DNA from: Bigelowiella natans CCMP2755 | Taxonomy: Eukaryota > Protista > Cercozoa | Length of the DNA: 64,000 bases | Assembly (NCBI GenBank): GCA_000320545.1 | Contig: ADNK01000862.1 | Location: forward strand, 1 to 64,000 | Reading direction: 5' to 3' | Shown here: piece by piece, positions 51,481 to 64,000 of the stretch | Numbering within the stretch: the first letter of the stretch is position 1 | How the letters are laid out: the number at the start of each line of letters is the position of its first letter | Notes under the pieces: generated by a model | The model's input: the letters and a program-made list of their open reading frames with translations, nothing else | Database searches by the model: none | Told to the model about the DNA's origin: nothing | Position numbers and translations under genes: made by a program

Positions 51481-51733
51481 GCAGCAGCAGCGAAGACTCG
51501 AATGGCACTAGATTCTCTTCCTTTCGAGCTTGATGGAGCTTGATGAGCATTTCGATTTGCTCAAAGAGCGAGTCTTCAGAGAAGCGCCCCGGTCCTCTCA
51601 TCGATGGCTAGATCTAGTGGGTGAACATTGCACGACCACATGCTAGCATGTCCAATGGATGCAGCGTTGCAACGTGCGCCATCTGCGCAGCATTGTGAGC
51701 GCACCTAGACACTAGCTAGCTAGACACACACCT

Positions 51734-51770
<37 letters not shown>

Positions 51771-52050
51771 CACACATGCACCTAGCTATCTAGACACGCA
51801 TGTGTGAGTGCAGCTTGTTGAGCATGCTCAGCCACGCATGCATGCCTATGCCAACCAGTAGCTGTGCGAAGAAGCAGCGAACTGCAACGGAAACGCAAGA
51901 TTGAGGCAAGAAAATCATTGATGCCTTGCCTGCATCATCAGCCGCACTAGCGCATGGCACAGCTGCACAGCATCAAGCAATGAGATCACAACAGCGCCTA
52001 CCTCGCTGATCTGAAGACCCGCACAACTTGTAGATACATCAACATGCTAG
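51481..52050. other. Strongly TpA-eroded relic patch
   Basis: Hand count for 51481-52020: 16 TpA, of which 11 CTAG, 4 CTAH, 1 GTAG and none lacking a flanking 5'C or 3'G. TG/CA in excess. Confidence 0.7.
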
Positions 52051-52072
52051 CATGTGAGATTCGATCATTGTG

Positions 52073-53083
52073 TCATCTTCTTTTCCTTGAATTTTTGTTT
52101 CCTTTGCTACTTGACGCCCCGCCCCCGCGGTTACCGCGACCGTGGCGATTATTGGATGGCTTTCTTCGACCTTTTCCTCCACATCTCTTCCCTCGTCCTT
52201 GTGTCGTTGCGTCTCTTCCTGTTCCACATTTTCTCTGGGAACCCTTCGTTGAGTTATCGAGTTGTAATCGGTCTATTATCTGCATGAGCTCTTCTAAATC
52301 AGCGGTGGACGTCCCATCCGTTAGCAGTGTGGCGCCACAGCTGTCTTCTTCTTCAGACGCTGCTACGTCCTCTATCCCCTCCCCACTCCGCCCGAAACGA
52401 ATCAGATCCACCTAGGAGGTGTAGCATGGGAAAACAGAGAGAATCAGGATGGATTGAAGTATGCATCTGTCTATGAATGTACACATACGCACGCACACAA
52501 ATATAAATAAATAAATAAATATATATATTAATATGTGTTTGTGTTATAAAGCCCATAAACTAGTGGCTAGCACCTGAACGTCCACTGATTTTTTCTTGTG
52601 AAACTGAGGGTAAGGAGAGGTAGATGAGGAGAAGAGGGGACGACAGAAAACCATGGAGAGTAGTATGGGTGGAGAGTCAATGGAAAACTTGATCTTTCTC
52701 TTATGAATCATCATCACCATGTTCCATCATGAGGAGGAATGCCCTCTCTTTCACACCTCCCCCTCCCCTTCCCTCCTACTTATTCTCTCGTATCTCCACC
52801 TTATACATTTGCGGGATGTCGAAACGCAGCTCCGCAATCACCTGAACAAAGAAGAATCAAGAATGATACGCGAAAGCGAGAGCGACTATCCGAAATGATG
52901 ATAACACAAGAAATACCGTCGATCATCTAATGCTGCGAGGCAACGCAGGTAGCATGCGACGGCTGCAGTAGTAGTAATAGTAGTAGTAGTACCTTGGCTT
53001 CAACTCCCCATTTATTTGCACGTTTGAGTATATGCTGAAGAGGAACAAGAAGAAGAAGAAGAAGAAGAAGAAGAAGAAGAAAA

Positions 53084-53115
<32 letters not shown>

Positions 53116-53281
53116 GGGTGAGTTCTCAACACTAAAGAGGGGAGGCGGCAGGGGTTTTCCTCCCCAGCTTACCCCCTAATAGTTTTCGATAAGAACCTTT
53201 CTTGTCGAGGTCTTGTGCAGCGAATATACGGATGTTTTCGTCAGCTGAAGTATGATAAATAGCGTGTTTCAGATATGTGAG

Positions 53282-53331
<50 letters not shown>

Positions 53332-53470
53332 TGGTGACGCCACTACTCTTAATGCCGTCTCCACAAAGATCATATCGATGCCCTAAGATTGTTTGCCGAA
53401 AAATGGAGGAAGTTAGTCAAATTGAAGACACAAATATTTGTGATTGTGTGTGTGTTATTTTTTACAACAT

Positions 53471-53513
<43 letters not shown>

Positions 53514-55611
53514 TATCGATTTGTCGACCGAGTTGCGAGTGCCGAAGGGCGGATTCATGATCACGGTATCAACCTGGATATGATGATGTTGATAAGAGAC
53601 GATGATGAGATGATGAGCAAAGGAGGGCGAGGAGGAGGTGATGGTTTATAAACAGGGTTTTCGAAATTAGCTTTGAACTGCTTAATGACGTTTTTATCAA
53701 GATTTATTGAAGTAGAGGCGAGGAGACCCGTGTGGGCGCTGCCTCTCTCTCTTTCTCTCACAAAGAAATCACTACTAGTAGTAGTACTACTACTGCTACC
53801 GCTCATTCTACTGCTCTCTCCTTCCTTCCTCACCTCTGGAAATTTGTCCATTTCCATATATTTGTAAGAGAAGGTGGTTCCTGTTATCATAACATCAACA
53901 TCAACAACTTTTCCTTGACTTCAGCATCACCATCTTTCGACTTCTTACCCTTCTTAGCATCCTCCTTGTCAACATCGCTATCTTCATCATCATCATCATA
54001 GTCGTCGTCATCGTCGTCGCCACTCTTGCTCTCCCCCTGATCTTCCACCCCACGACCGTTCTTAGCGATATCATAACCATCGTCACCATCGTCGCTATCT
54101 GCTTTCTTCCTCATGACTCCTTCTGTGCCGTCTGCACCCCGGGCACTTGTAGTCCGAGATGTTGGTTCTGCTGCATCATCCCTCTCATCATCCTCACAAC
54201 CATTTTTATCATCCTGAACTATCATCTTCAGCACCCGTCGCTTCCCTTCCTATGGTCATTATGTCAGAGGTGATATTCCGTTGGTTTTTATAGCGTGTGG
54301 TGGGTGGAGGGGGAGGGAGTATAGAAGAGAACGATGAAGAATCTTCTGTCGAAAAAGAGAATGAACCTTTGTTTCCTCATGGCCATGGTGTTGTTCCTTC
54401 TCCGAGCTGTGGTGGTCATCCTCGTCATTTTGGTGGTCCTCCTTTGTAACCACCTGCCGCTTTCTGCTGGTCTGTCGCTCGACGAGATAGCGGAGGATCG
54501 TAAGCACGTTTTCTGCAAAATAATACATTCGTGTCATAGAGAAGGCTACGGAGTGCGGACATTTATTGCTTTCGCGTTATTTTCACAGCGTTGTATACTA
54601 TACGGATGCTCGATGGTATCACCAACCGTGGATCAAGTCTGCTTGGATGTCGTATGACGCAAGATTTTCCTGCAGCAGCAGAATCAAATTCATGTGTTGT
54701 TATCCTATGGAGTATGCCAGCTAGTAGTAAGTGAGTAATAGCCACCTTACAGATCCGCAGCGCATCAGCATCCAAATCGATCCCTATGTTGCGTCTAAAA
54801 TATATGGCATAATTTAAGCGCTTAGCCGCGTGCACTCGCAAAAGAGAGATGGAGGCAGACTCAATCTAGCTTTAGTTCAGAGTGATTCGCGACAACGATG
54901 ACCGTTTTGATTATGCAGGTAGTAACATCGACGATGGGTGCGCAGATACGACTTCCGCACAAAATAAGTATAGTTATCATTACTACTATATTACTATTAT
55001 TATCATTTATTACTGTTACTACTACTATTATTATTATTATTATTATTATTATCATTACGAAGCGCCGATGCAGCTCGATGCAATGGTGAGCATCCCACAA
55101 CCACACCCGAGGTCCAAGACGCGCTTGCCTACGATGTCGCCGTACGCCTGCTCTATCGCGAAGACCTAATAAGTATCAACCGTGCGTGTATGAGTGAGCA
55201 AATCTTGTCTTTCATGATAGTTGAGAGGGATTGTTGTGCGCGTGTGTGTCACCATCACCATGGTCGCTGCCAAGTGTGGGCTTGTAGGATACCTATGGAG
55301 GCAGGAGAGATCACGATGAGGAACAAGAAGAAATAGAGGAAGAGCGAGGAAGCGTGCAATGATGGTAGGAAGGAGAAGCACTATGAATTAGAAGTGTGTG
55401 ACTGTGTTGCTTAGGAAGTAACTGCTCAAGCTGAAACTTGGGTCGGTCGAACGCTTTCACGTCCTCCAGTAGCCTGAGAAGAACGAGAATAAAGTGGCGT
55501 ACGGCGAGATACCGAGTTTACTGGAGTGGAACGAGGGAGGAAACGACGTAACAAGCAATAACAAATTCGATCGTTATGTTCCACTCACGATTCCAGATGC
55601 TTGAGCTTCAT
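52073..55611 (-). CDS. METTL5: 18S rRNA N6-adenosine methyltransferase METTL5 with acidic insertion and basic C-terminal tail
   Basis: MKLKHLES, FDRPKFQLEQ/YPTSPHLAATM, YGDIVGKRVLDLGCGCGMLTI, GIDLDADAL, VDTVIMNPPFGTRN/GIDMIFV, VYSLHKTSTR, VIAELRFDIPQMYK/FHKKKSVDVQ/VDLIRF. Confidence 0.95.
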
Positions 55612-55962
55612 GCCTTCCTCCGATCTGCTACTGAATCGTATCCCTAAAGTTCGAATCCCTCCACCGGAAGAATTATAGGACTAGCAAGGGGTGGGAGGGG
55701 GGGTTCGACACACGCCTCGTTGTTGTGTGGGTCGATGGATGCTCCTCGCTGTTCTGAGAAGTGTTGCCGTCGAAAATAAAACTTCCGGAAAAAATATTTA
55801 AACCTGAAAACTTCCTTCCTGCGTAAGGCTCTGTTACAGTTTGCCTCCCAAGGGTGATTTGCAGCCCAATGCGCGTAAAAAAAAATGGATTTTTGTTTCG
55901 ATATTACCAGCTTAAAATAAGTTCCAGATGAAATCTTTCCCCCGCCAAGAGCCGACCGGGTC
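55612..55962. promoter_or_regulatory. Short bidirectional promoter between METTL5 and the orphan at 55963
   Basis: Head-to-head starts about 350 bp apart. Contains the palindrome TTCCGGAA near 55783. Confidence 0.5.
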
Positions 55963-57226
55963 ATGGCGGTGACGTCGTGCTTCCGGTCGATGCTCCTGGC
56001 GTTCTGCGCACTGCCCTCGCCCGCGTCACCCACCGCCCTAGAAGGCACGGCTAGATCGTCGATGATAATCCAGGGACCAAGGTATGGTTGCAGTAAAAGT
56101 ACAGCAGCTCTCGGTATGTTTAAAGCGGGGGGGTTTGCCTCTGAACGGAGGCAGCCCAGGAGCTACTACGGTCTTTGTGGTGGGGGTAAGCAAGGCGGTA
56201 GATTGGCGGTATTTAGAGCTCTACCTCCAGGTAGTCATATTAAAAAAAAAATCTTTTTCAAAGTGCATTCAGCAGCAGCGGCACATCGCTAATAAATGTG
56301 CATGCTGAGCGCAAGCGCAAGCGCTTACTTGAGAACACGCTCCCCCGCCCCTATGATACATAGGCCTGAAGAAGTTGAAGCCGAAGATTCCGAAAGGAGA
56401 ACGAGTTAACGGAACGTACGTCATTGTGCGATATCGGAGGGGTCGATGGGCAGCGAGGAAGGGAACATAGGGAGAGGAGAAAACTGTGTTTAATTTGTTT
56501 GTTATTTGCAAATAAAGATAAAGATGTCAATAAAAGAAGGGGGGAAAACACTTTAGCAGAAAAGTTTGGCATCTCCTTTTTCTCCTCCTAATGCTCCCCC
56601 TTCTTCTTCTTCTTCTTCTTCTTCTTCTTCTTCTTCTTCTGCTCATTCTTTTCCTCCCCGGATCTGGTGACATGCCGAAGTATCCGTTCAGCTATTATCG
56701 AAGAATATAAACGGATTTCGTCCCTAGGTGTAATTTCATTAGAAAGAAGTGAGAAGAAGTTATGGGAGAGATCGACATATAGCAGCCACGGCGTTGGGTT
56801 TGGTTCGGTGTATAGGACAACGACTCTATTGCTCAATAGCTGAGAAAGGCATTGCCGCTCCGACTTTTTTTAGTCGCCATGGTATGGTAGGTAATTAAGT
56901 ATCATTCTATCGACGTATTATTAGGGACAAGACGGGGAAAGAGGGCGTTAGAAGCTGTGCTGACATTCAGGGGCCTAGCTAGTATTGCTGCATCGAATGG
57001 CATTCATCCTGGCAATAGATTTCCGATTGCATGCAGCAGCAGCAATAACAACAATAGTAGTGATAATACTTATAGGAACAGCAGTGCAAAAGTATCAAGA
57101 AACACTACTAAAAAAAACAGCAAGGCAAGGTTTACAAATAACAGAACAGGATCTGTTCCGAATGAAAATTTGCTTTCGCTTAACTCAACGGTGAATATGA
57201 AGAGAATTAAAAGAGTTAAGACTTAA
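55963..57226 (+). CDS. Uncharacterised basic protein with putative signal peptide
   Basis: Exons can be joined in frame: MAVTSCFRSMLLAFCALPSPASP.../SYYGLCGG/GLKKLKPKIPKGERVNG/TIRSAIIEEYKRISSL/GQRLYCSIAEKG.../GTRRGKRALEAVL...KRIKRVKT*. No family recognised. Confidence 0.5.
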
Positions 57227-58143
57227 CATCTGTGCCAACTAGCAATGAAAAGGATACGATATATATTTGAAACGGATGTAATGAAATGATTGCATTTTTT
57301 CATTAGTTCCATAAACATACATGCGTGGCATTTACATTCTATGACTTACTATGAATTGCAACGAATATAAGCCGAAGACAGGTTTTGTACATCGATCGTG
57401 TAGCTTCCGCATTGCATAGCTACATCAGGGTGATATATCTATCTAAATGCCACGCACTTATTTAAGCGATCTATCTGGTGTCACATTCCGCTGACACACG
57501 CCGCATTGAATATCGCGTAGACCATTGAAAATATAAAATTACATCATCACATCTGTCATGATAATATATATATCGCTGTAGAGCAAGAGTCATCGCTTAT
57601 TCGTGGCTCTAGTTATTGTTTAAGAATGAATGCAATAACTGCTATGTGTAGACATCAGTTCAAGATTCACTGCAAAATAAACGCCGCCGGCCGCACATGC
57701 AATTATTGCATGTAGACCAGATAACTTCATTAACATATTAAAACATTTATCAAGCAAGTTGTATGCTAATGAGTTATTTTGTTAAATTCTAGCATGCGCA
57801 TTTACATATGCAATGAAGCGCTCGCGTCGATCGCGCTCTTGCATGCGTCGTAGGTATACACTATATTTATCGACGTGACATGCAAGGATGCAACTGCCAC
57901 GATCGACACGTGGCCTAGCTTGCTCGCACTCAGCCACGCATCAGGTAAAATTACTAAGTCTTGTATTCTTGTCATAGTCTCTAAGGCAATAAATTGAGCA
58001 TGTTTTGGGCATAGTAGTTGGTGTTATCAATCAAGCGGAAAAGTATTCTTCCTCGACGTTGCTAACTCATCTGAAACTCTTCCCCACTATCATCCTGTGC
58101 CGTTGTCATCTAATGTTATCTAATAATACGATTTTCTTCGAAG

Positions 58144-58512
58144 TCACAACGCTTCCTCCTGACGAGACTCGATCTTCTGTATCTCATTGTCCAAGGCCCT
58201 ACGCACATCAAGTGAATACAACAAATAAGTACTTGAAGAAGCGCACAATGATTGTGGAATCTTACTCTCGTATTGTTCTCGACAGGCTCTCCTCAACAGA
58301 GGCCAGAAGGAGCGCTGTACTTGCAGCGCGCACAGCAGGTTCTATCTTCGTCACTCGTTCCATGGCCGCTTCGTCGGCCTTCTTCTCCAATGTCAGCGCC
58401 GTGCGCCAGTCATCAGATCTTCACAATTCACAACGACAGGACAAGGGGAAATGGAGTAATAACATTATCAGACACACAAAATGATGGGCCTTTTCGCATA
58501 TTGATATAAATG

Positions 58513-58545
<33 letters not shown>

Positions 58546-58960
58546 CTTGAGGATAGAAGATACAATAAATAAACTCCAAAAAAGCAGTACCCAAGCTGAC
58601 TTGCACATGCCCACCATCTATTTCTCACATTGTGTTACAAATGACAGCAACAGCTACCACCGCCACCACTACCACTACGACTACTAAGCTAGGAACCTGA
58701 AGGCCTCTGGTACAGGTACATCTAACGGGACGAAAGCAGTAGCAGCAGCAGCTCTTGATTGCGCCATCAGTATATTGCTCCGTGCTTGCACGCCTGTGGC
58801 CATCGCAGCAGCAGCAGCAGCGGCAGCTGCTGCTGCTGCAGCATGAGGCGAGTATGGACTGAAGGGAGGAATAGATGCAGCAGCACCACCCGTAGGGGTA
58901 CGCGGAAGCGACGGCGAGAGGAATGGGTGATGGGGAGGGAGGAAACCAGGTCGTGTGGCA

Positions 58961-59009
<49 letters not shown>

Positions 59010-60827
59010 GAGGAGGAACAACAGGGAGAGGTGAAAGAGGGGAAGCAGAAGCAGCAGCGGAGAGATGATGATGGAGCCGAACAGCAGGAGAGAGTGGAGG
59101 AGCTGGTATAGCAGCTGCTGCTGTAGCAGCTCCGCGAGGGTTGGTACTGTTATAATGACTGATGGATTGCTTATGTTGTTGTTGTTGTTGCTGCTGCTGC
59201 TGCTGCTGAACTGGGAGAGGAGAATGGGGGATAAACGTCGCAGCAGCAGCTGTGGGTGTCGTAGGTGTTCTGTGATCGGGATGATGGGGAGAAGGAGGAG
59301 GATGATAATGATGCTGCAGAGGATGGCGAAGAAGTGGAGATGGGGGTGCCACCGCTCCTCCTCCGATTGCGTGTGGTGGAGGCAGCACCGGAATTGGAAG
59401 CAAATGGCCAGCAGGCGAGGGTGGGTGAAGGAGGGGAACACGGTGGGTCGGTGTGCGAAATGGGGAAGGGGGCAAATGAGGTGAGGAAATGTAATGGACA
59501 GCACCCGTTGCTGTTTTCGGGCTTGGCAGGACAGAATTTGGCCTCGGCGCTGAAAATGATATAAAATAATCATTTTCTGTTTGGAAATTATCTTAGATCT
59601 TTGATTGAAATGGACGATGCTGAGAGAAGTGAGAAACAATTGTTTTGAAATCTGGAATCGTCGTTAGATAATAGTTCGGCAGATGTCATCTTTCATTTTG
59701 CGTGTACTGTCGTCGGTACCGTCACAATATTACTATCAAAAGAGGCATATTATACCACCTATGCCGCCATTGCGAGATAATGACTGTGGGTGTATCTCAG
59801 AAATCCGAGTGTTTCCCTCCTCCGTAACATCGACTCGCGAAGACTTCCACTCCGATGCTCCTCCAGTCGAAGAGCCCCAGCCACCACCAATGTTTCTCCC
59901 CGTCGCCATTTTTCGTGCCTTATGAGCAGGTGACCCGCTGCCACGACGTCTATCTTCTCTCTCTCCTCTCCTGCTGTCGCTGCGCGCCCCACCACCAGCA
60001 CCACCTGCACCGCTGTCATTTCGTGAGGAACGTGATGACGGTTCTTCACGCCTGTGGTGGCCATAGTGGTGATTGCGGGGATGATGATGGTCCCGTGAAT
60101 CACGACGAGAATCACGTGAATCCCACGAATCGCGCGACCGCTTTCGATGCTCGGAGCTATCTCCACCACTGTTCCTAATATTTTATGAGATACGTGCACG
60201 AAATTTACAACCGCGAGAAGGGATTAAGGGAGAGAAGAATGTTAAAGAAAGTAATAGAGACGGTATGTAAAGAGAACGAAGAAAAAGGGATGAATCCAGG
60301 AGGAAGGGATAGAATGGCGACAGAGAGGAATGGCAAAATAGATAGTAAGCAAAGCTAGCAACAACATTCTCCGGCACATATTGTGTATAGGAGGTGAAGT
60401 TAGACCACCCCTGACCTCCAAATTTAGGCAAACATTGTATTATTATTCCAATCTCACCATTCGTCCCGCATCGCACGCCTGCCGCCCCCATTACGGTCGT
60501 CGCGCACATCCCTTGGCTCAAAACGCCGCTCTTGGCCTGCCTTGAAACGTACTTCGCTGGAGTGGAACTTATTGTAACCTCTAGAAATCCCTCGCGAAGA
60601 ATTATGGTCGCTCCCACGTGAATTGTGACTAAGATTTATCACGATTATCAAATTATGCTGAACCAGAGGAATCAAGACTTTTAGAAGCCGGTCATCCGAA
60701 GGCTAGACGCCCGCCAAAGTGTTTGAAAGACTTACCCCGAGTCCCTGGATTCCCAGTTGGAACCCCTTTGATCCCATCCCGTCCCCCTGGAATCCTTGGC
60801 AGCTCCGTTCTTCACCCGTGACGGCAT
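58144..60827 (-). CDS. Uncharacterised, largely disordered protein (R/S/D/G-rich, then P/H/A-rich, C-terminal helix/coiled coil)
   Basis: In-frame exons MPSRVKNG...RDSG/HNSRGSD...RDEW/NSGGDSSEHRKRSRDSWDSRDSRRDSRD.../PRPNSVLPSP...VPEAFR/SDDWRTAL...TIRE/ALDNEIQKIESRQEEAL* (TGA 58146-58144). Confidence 0.7.
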
Positions 60828-61481
60828 CCCGCGCTCTACGTCAAGGGGCGGGGAGCCATTGCGACAGCCACTTAGATTTTTAGACCTAAATTGCATCTCC
60901 TGTTCTACACGTATCATCCGAATGAAAGGCGGAATAATACGTAAGACAGCGATAGTATTGTTCACCTTTCTATTGTAGAAGGCTTAACTTAAATTTTGAA
61001 GCTTAATCAATATCTATCAAGGAACGCTGGCTCGGGCATAGATTCCCTTTTTCTCTCTCTCAATTTCCCAAATAGCATTTATTTTATTATAAAGACATGG
61101 ATAGGATTGGCTTTTATATAAATTTCCTCGAATTTTCATCCAGAGCGACAATGATTTTTATACCTTACAATATTCAGCGCGATAAATTAACCGACAAATT
61201 TCGGGATTTAACATCTCGGGAATGGCCGCCGAAGCTGGCGACTTGTGACGTCGACGCAGGCGAGCACCTGCTACGATCGAGTTTTATCGATGGTATTTTG
61301 TTTTGTCTTAAAAAAAAATTAGAAGCGCGTTATAGTCTACATTGGGAACCTATTATTGTTCGTTGTCACGCAAAAAATTCGAAAGAAAAACGTCACCACG
61401 GAAGTTGATATGAAACTGATCTGCTGTATGACGATCTTTATTTAACTTCTCCAGAGTTACTCATCCACGCTCCCAACGAGG

Positions 61482-62932
61482 ATGGCGATGCTCGCCATCG
61501 CGGCATTGATGGTCTCGATGGTGTTTTTGGGCTATCGCTTTGCCTCCGTCGTGAAGTAAGTAGTGTCACTTGGGAGGGAAAGATTGCAATAAAATGAGAT
61601 ATGAGAACAACAAAGCCAACTTTCATATACTTTACGCCCGTTGGACCACATTGGACGTGCTGCAGCTTGGAATTCATGAATACTTTCAATCAGTGATGAA
61701 TTCTGTTGCTGCACCCATCACATACTTACTCGATATATCTGCTGCATAGCTCGACATCAGAGGTCGCGATGAAGAAGATTCGAGCAGAACAGCTGCTACA
61801 CAGGGTACATGCCCCGGTTTCATTTGACAAACCCTCTTCTTTTTCTCTTTCTCCCTCTTCTTCTGCTGCTGCTGCTCCTGCAACTCTCTGTCCCTCTCCG
61901 TCAAATCCGAATTTTAACAACGATATCGGCGATCTTAAGAGTTGCACGACCGCACAAATATGTGTGGATAAATGTGATAATGTATTTAATACACCTCCTC
62001 CTCTCCACTATTGTCTTCCATCCTGCTATATAGGAGGGAGGTTCGCCAGGGCAGAAAATTCTGCACACGAAGGTACCGACAGCAATAAAAGTTAACAGGA
62101 AGACACCAAACAGTGAGAGCATGAGGGACAGGGACCCGACTGGGGAAGGGGGGGGATAGGCAAATCACCTCACAAAAGTAGAATTTGAATCTGATCGAGC
62201 ATCGCCCGCTTCTCACACACTGATTCCACGGAAATAGATATGTAAATCCTGCCAATGCCCGTTTTACTTAGGTATCTGCAGTGGAGCAAAAGCTACAGGA
62301 CTTATCAGATGAGGTGAGGGCCAACGGAATAGTGCTTATTATGAGATTCATCGCTTTCTTCCAATTTGATTGTTCAACTTGCCAGCCGATTTCATTACTC
62401 CTGGCGTTGCAATCGCCTTGCACTGTGTTGATTTTCGTCGTTATTGCTTGGTAGTTCTAACCGGGTAGCGTGGTGTCTTCCATCATCGTACTTAGGTGTC
62501 TAGCGTAACATCGTTGCTTAGCATGAATATGGAAAGTGCAAAACGGAAGAGCGCTTTGGAGGACCAAGTAAATATCTCCAATAACTCGATCAAATTTGTC
62601 ATCGAACGAAGAAAATATATATTATTATTATTATTATTATTATTATTTTATTTGTAGCATCCAGAAGATTCCTTCGTCGTTCATCATCACCATCATCATG
62701 TATAATTCCCATCGTTTCCTCTCAAATCCCGTCTGCAGGTAGCGACTGCGCGCGAGGAGATAATGGCTTTGCAACACCGGCTCGACAACGTCACGGCCTA
62801 TGCTGCGAAAGTCGTCCAAGAACAGAGCCAGATCGCTAGCGATTCGCTCCAAACACAATATAAATTCTTTGAAGATAGGTATGAGTGGTTGGATTTTGTG
62901 CTGATAGTATATGTAAATGTCTTCAAACTCTG

Positions 62933-62970
<38 letters not shown>

Positions 62971-63178
62971 GTGTGTGGGGGGGGGGGGGGGGGGGGGGGG
63001 TATTGCATAATTTACTGACAACATTAATACACGTTCTCACTGCTTCTTCTTAATACGCAGCTATCGTGAGGCAGTGGGGGGCATTCGGCGCATGGAGGTC
63101 GCAATTGCGTCGTGAAAGACTATCGAACACGATATAGTTACAAATACATATGTCTACGGTGTATATGTTGCTTTTGTG

Positions 63179-63211
<33 letters not shown>

Positions 63212-63613
63212 ACACAGAGAAAGAGAGATTGGACGAGATTAACATGATATGTTCTTGTTTCCAGGCTAAGCTTGCGGGTTTCGTGGAGGATAGTTTCTCT
63301 CGACAGGTGCTCTGTCCATTCCAATCAACCTTGCGTAATCAAATGTACGTGGCGGCTGCTGCTGCTGCTGCTGCTAATACTCTGCTTGTGGTGTATTCTT
63401 TCTCTATTTCCTCTTGATAACTGACCATAACGCCGCAACAATGATAGGGTTCAGTGCACCGATGGATCGTAGGCGAGGAGGAGAGGGAGGGGAGACTGCT
63501 CGGGAGGAGTGCTGCTGCTGCTTCTTCGCAGTCCAACAATATACTTGATCTCGATAAAATCCCCTTCAACTCAGAAATGACGGTAGATTATTAGTCGTAG
63601 CTGTTGGTGTAGC

Positions 63614-63651
<38 letters not shown>

Positions 63652-64000
63652 TAGCAGTGGTGGGGGGGTGGTGAAATATGATATCCTGAGTGCAGATGAA
63701 TCATCGTCGGTGGATGTTGCCTAGAGGAGGAGGAAGCTTTCATAGCATTGCGAACGAATGCATGTGTGCGGCAGATATCGTGGCGCACGGAGTGCGGGTG
63801 TACTGGCATCGGTTTGGAGGTACGTTGGCCTTAAAAATAGAGGGGGGGGGGGGAGGGGGGAGAGAACGATGGATGAGCATATCGTAGAGGTTGGAGAGAA
63901 GCATTGATATTTGACCTCCTGCGGTACCTTCCTGTCGATTTTAGAACTTCAACATGATGATTATCGTGGCCATTATTCCCTATTACTATTCGTTCTACTC
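61482..64000 (+). CDS. Uncharacterised protein with N-terminal signal/anchor and coiled-coil stem; 3' end beyond window
   Basis: MAMLAIAALMVSMVFLGYRFASVV, then phase-consistent small exons VSAVEQKLQDLSDE/VSSVTSLL..ALEDQ/VATAREEIMALQHRLDNV.../AKLAGFVEDSFSRQ/GSVHRWI/MNHRRWMLPRGGGSFHSIANECMC. Confidence 0.7.

Noticed and set aside
51827-51839. 13-mer ctcagccacgcat shared with 57929-57941 (both preceded by agcttg)
   Set aside because: Suggestive of a second repeat family, but a 13-mer match is expected by chance in 64 kb. Needs a genome-wide search.
16044-55611. BUD23 and METTL5 (both TRMT112-dependent 18S rRNA methyltransferases) in one window as a functional cluster
   Set aside because: They are about 35 kb apart with unrelated genes between them, so coincidence is sufficient.
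1-64000. CRISPR arrays, rRNA, tRNA or intact transposons
   Set aside because: No repeat-spacer structure, no recognisable rRNA or tRNA motifs, and no transposase or reverse-transcriptase motifs seen by eye. Small ncRNAs cannot be excluded without an Infernal/tRNAscan run.

Overview
Eukaryotic nuclear DNA with dense genes and many short GT-AG introns loaded with microsatellites. The many N-terminal signal + transit-like presequences fit an alga with a complex plastid, most plausibly a chlorarachniophyte (inference). I assembled 15 intron-split genes by hand: rhodanese+DSP MAP-kinase phosphatase-like (-, runs off the left edge), plastid LPAAT (+), DHRS1-like SDR (-), BUD23 (+), Fpg/Nei glycosylase with SAP domain (-), divergent RPN12 (+), DUF1826 protein (-), secreted-type orphan (+), GPATCH8-like (-), ATG2 (+), APC7 (-), METTL5 (-) and three further orphans (+,-,+). 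Genes alternate strand almost perfectly. Main hunt results: (1) intergenic patches downstream of gene 3' ends show a RIP-like but TpA-directed erosion (TA->TG/CA, CTAG spared, CpG retained), supported directly by a 51-bp repeat pair in which every TpA of one copy is TpG in the other; (2) normally cytosolic/nuclear proteins (MAPK phosphatase, BUD23) appear to carry signal peptides, suggesting host-encoded control of the periplastidal/nucleomorph compartment. No rRNA, tRNA, CRISPR array or intact transposon was recognised. Most ORFs in the supplied track are microsatellite artefacts.
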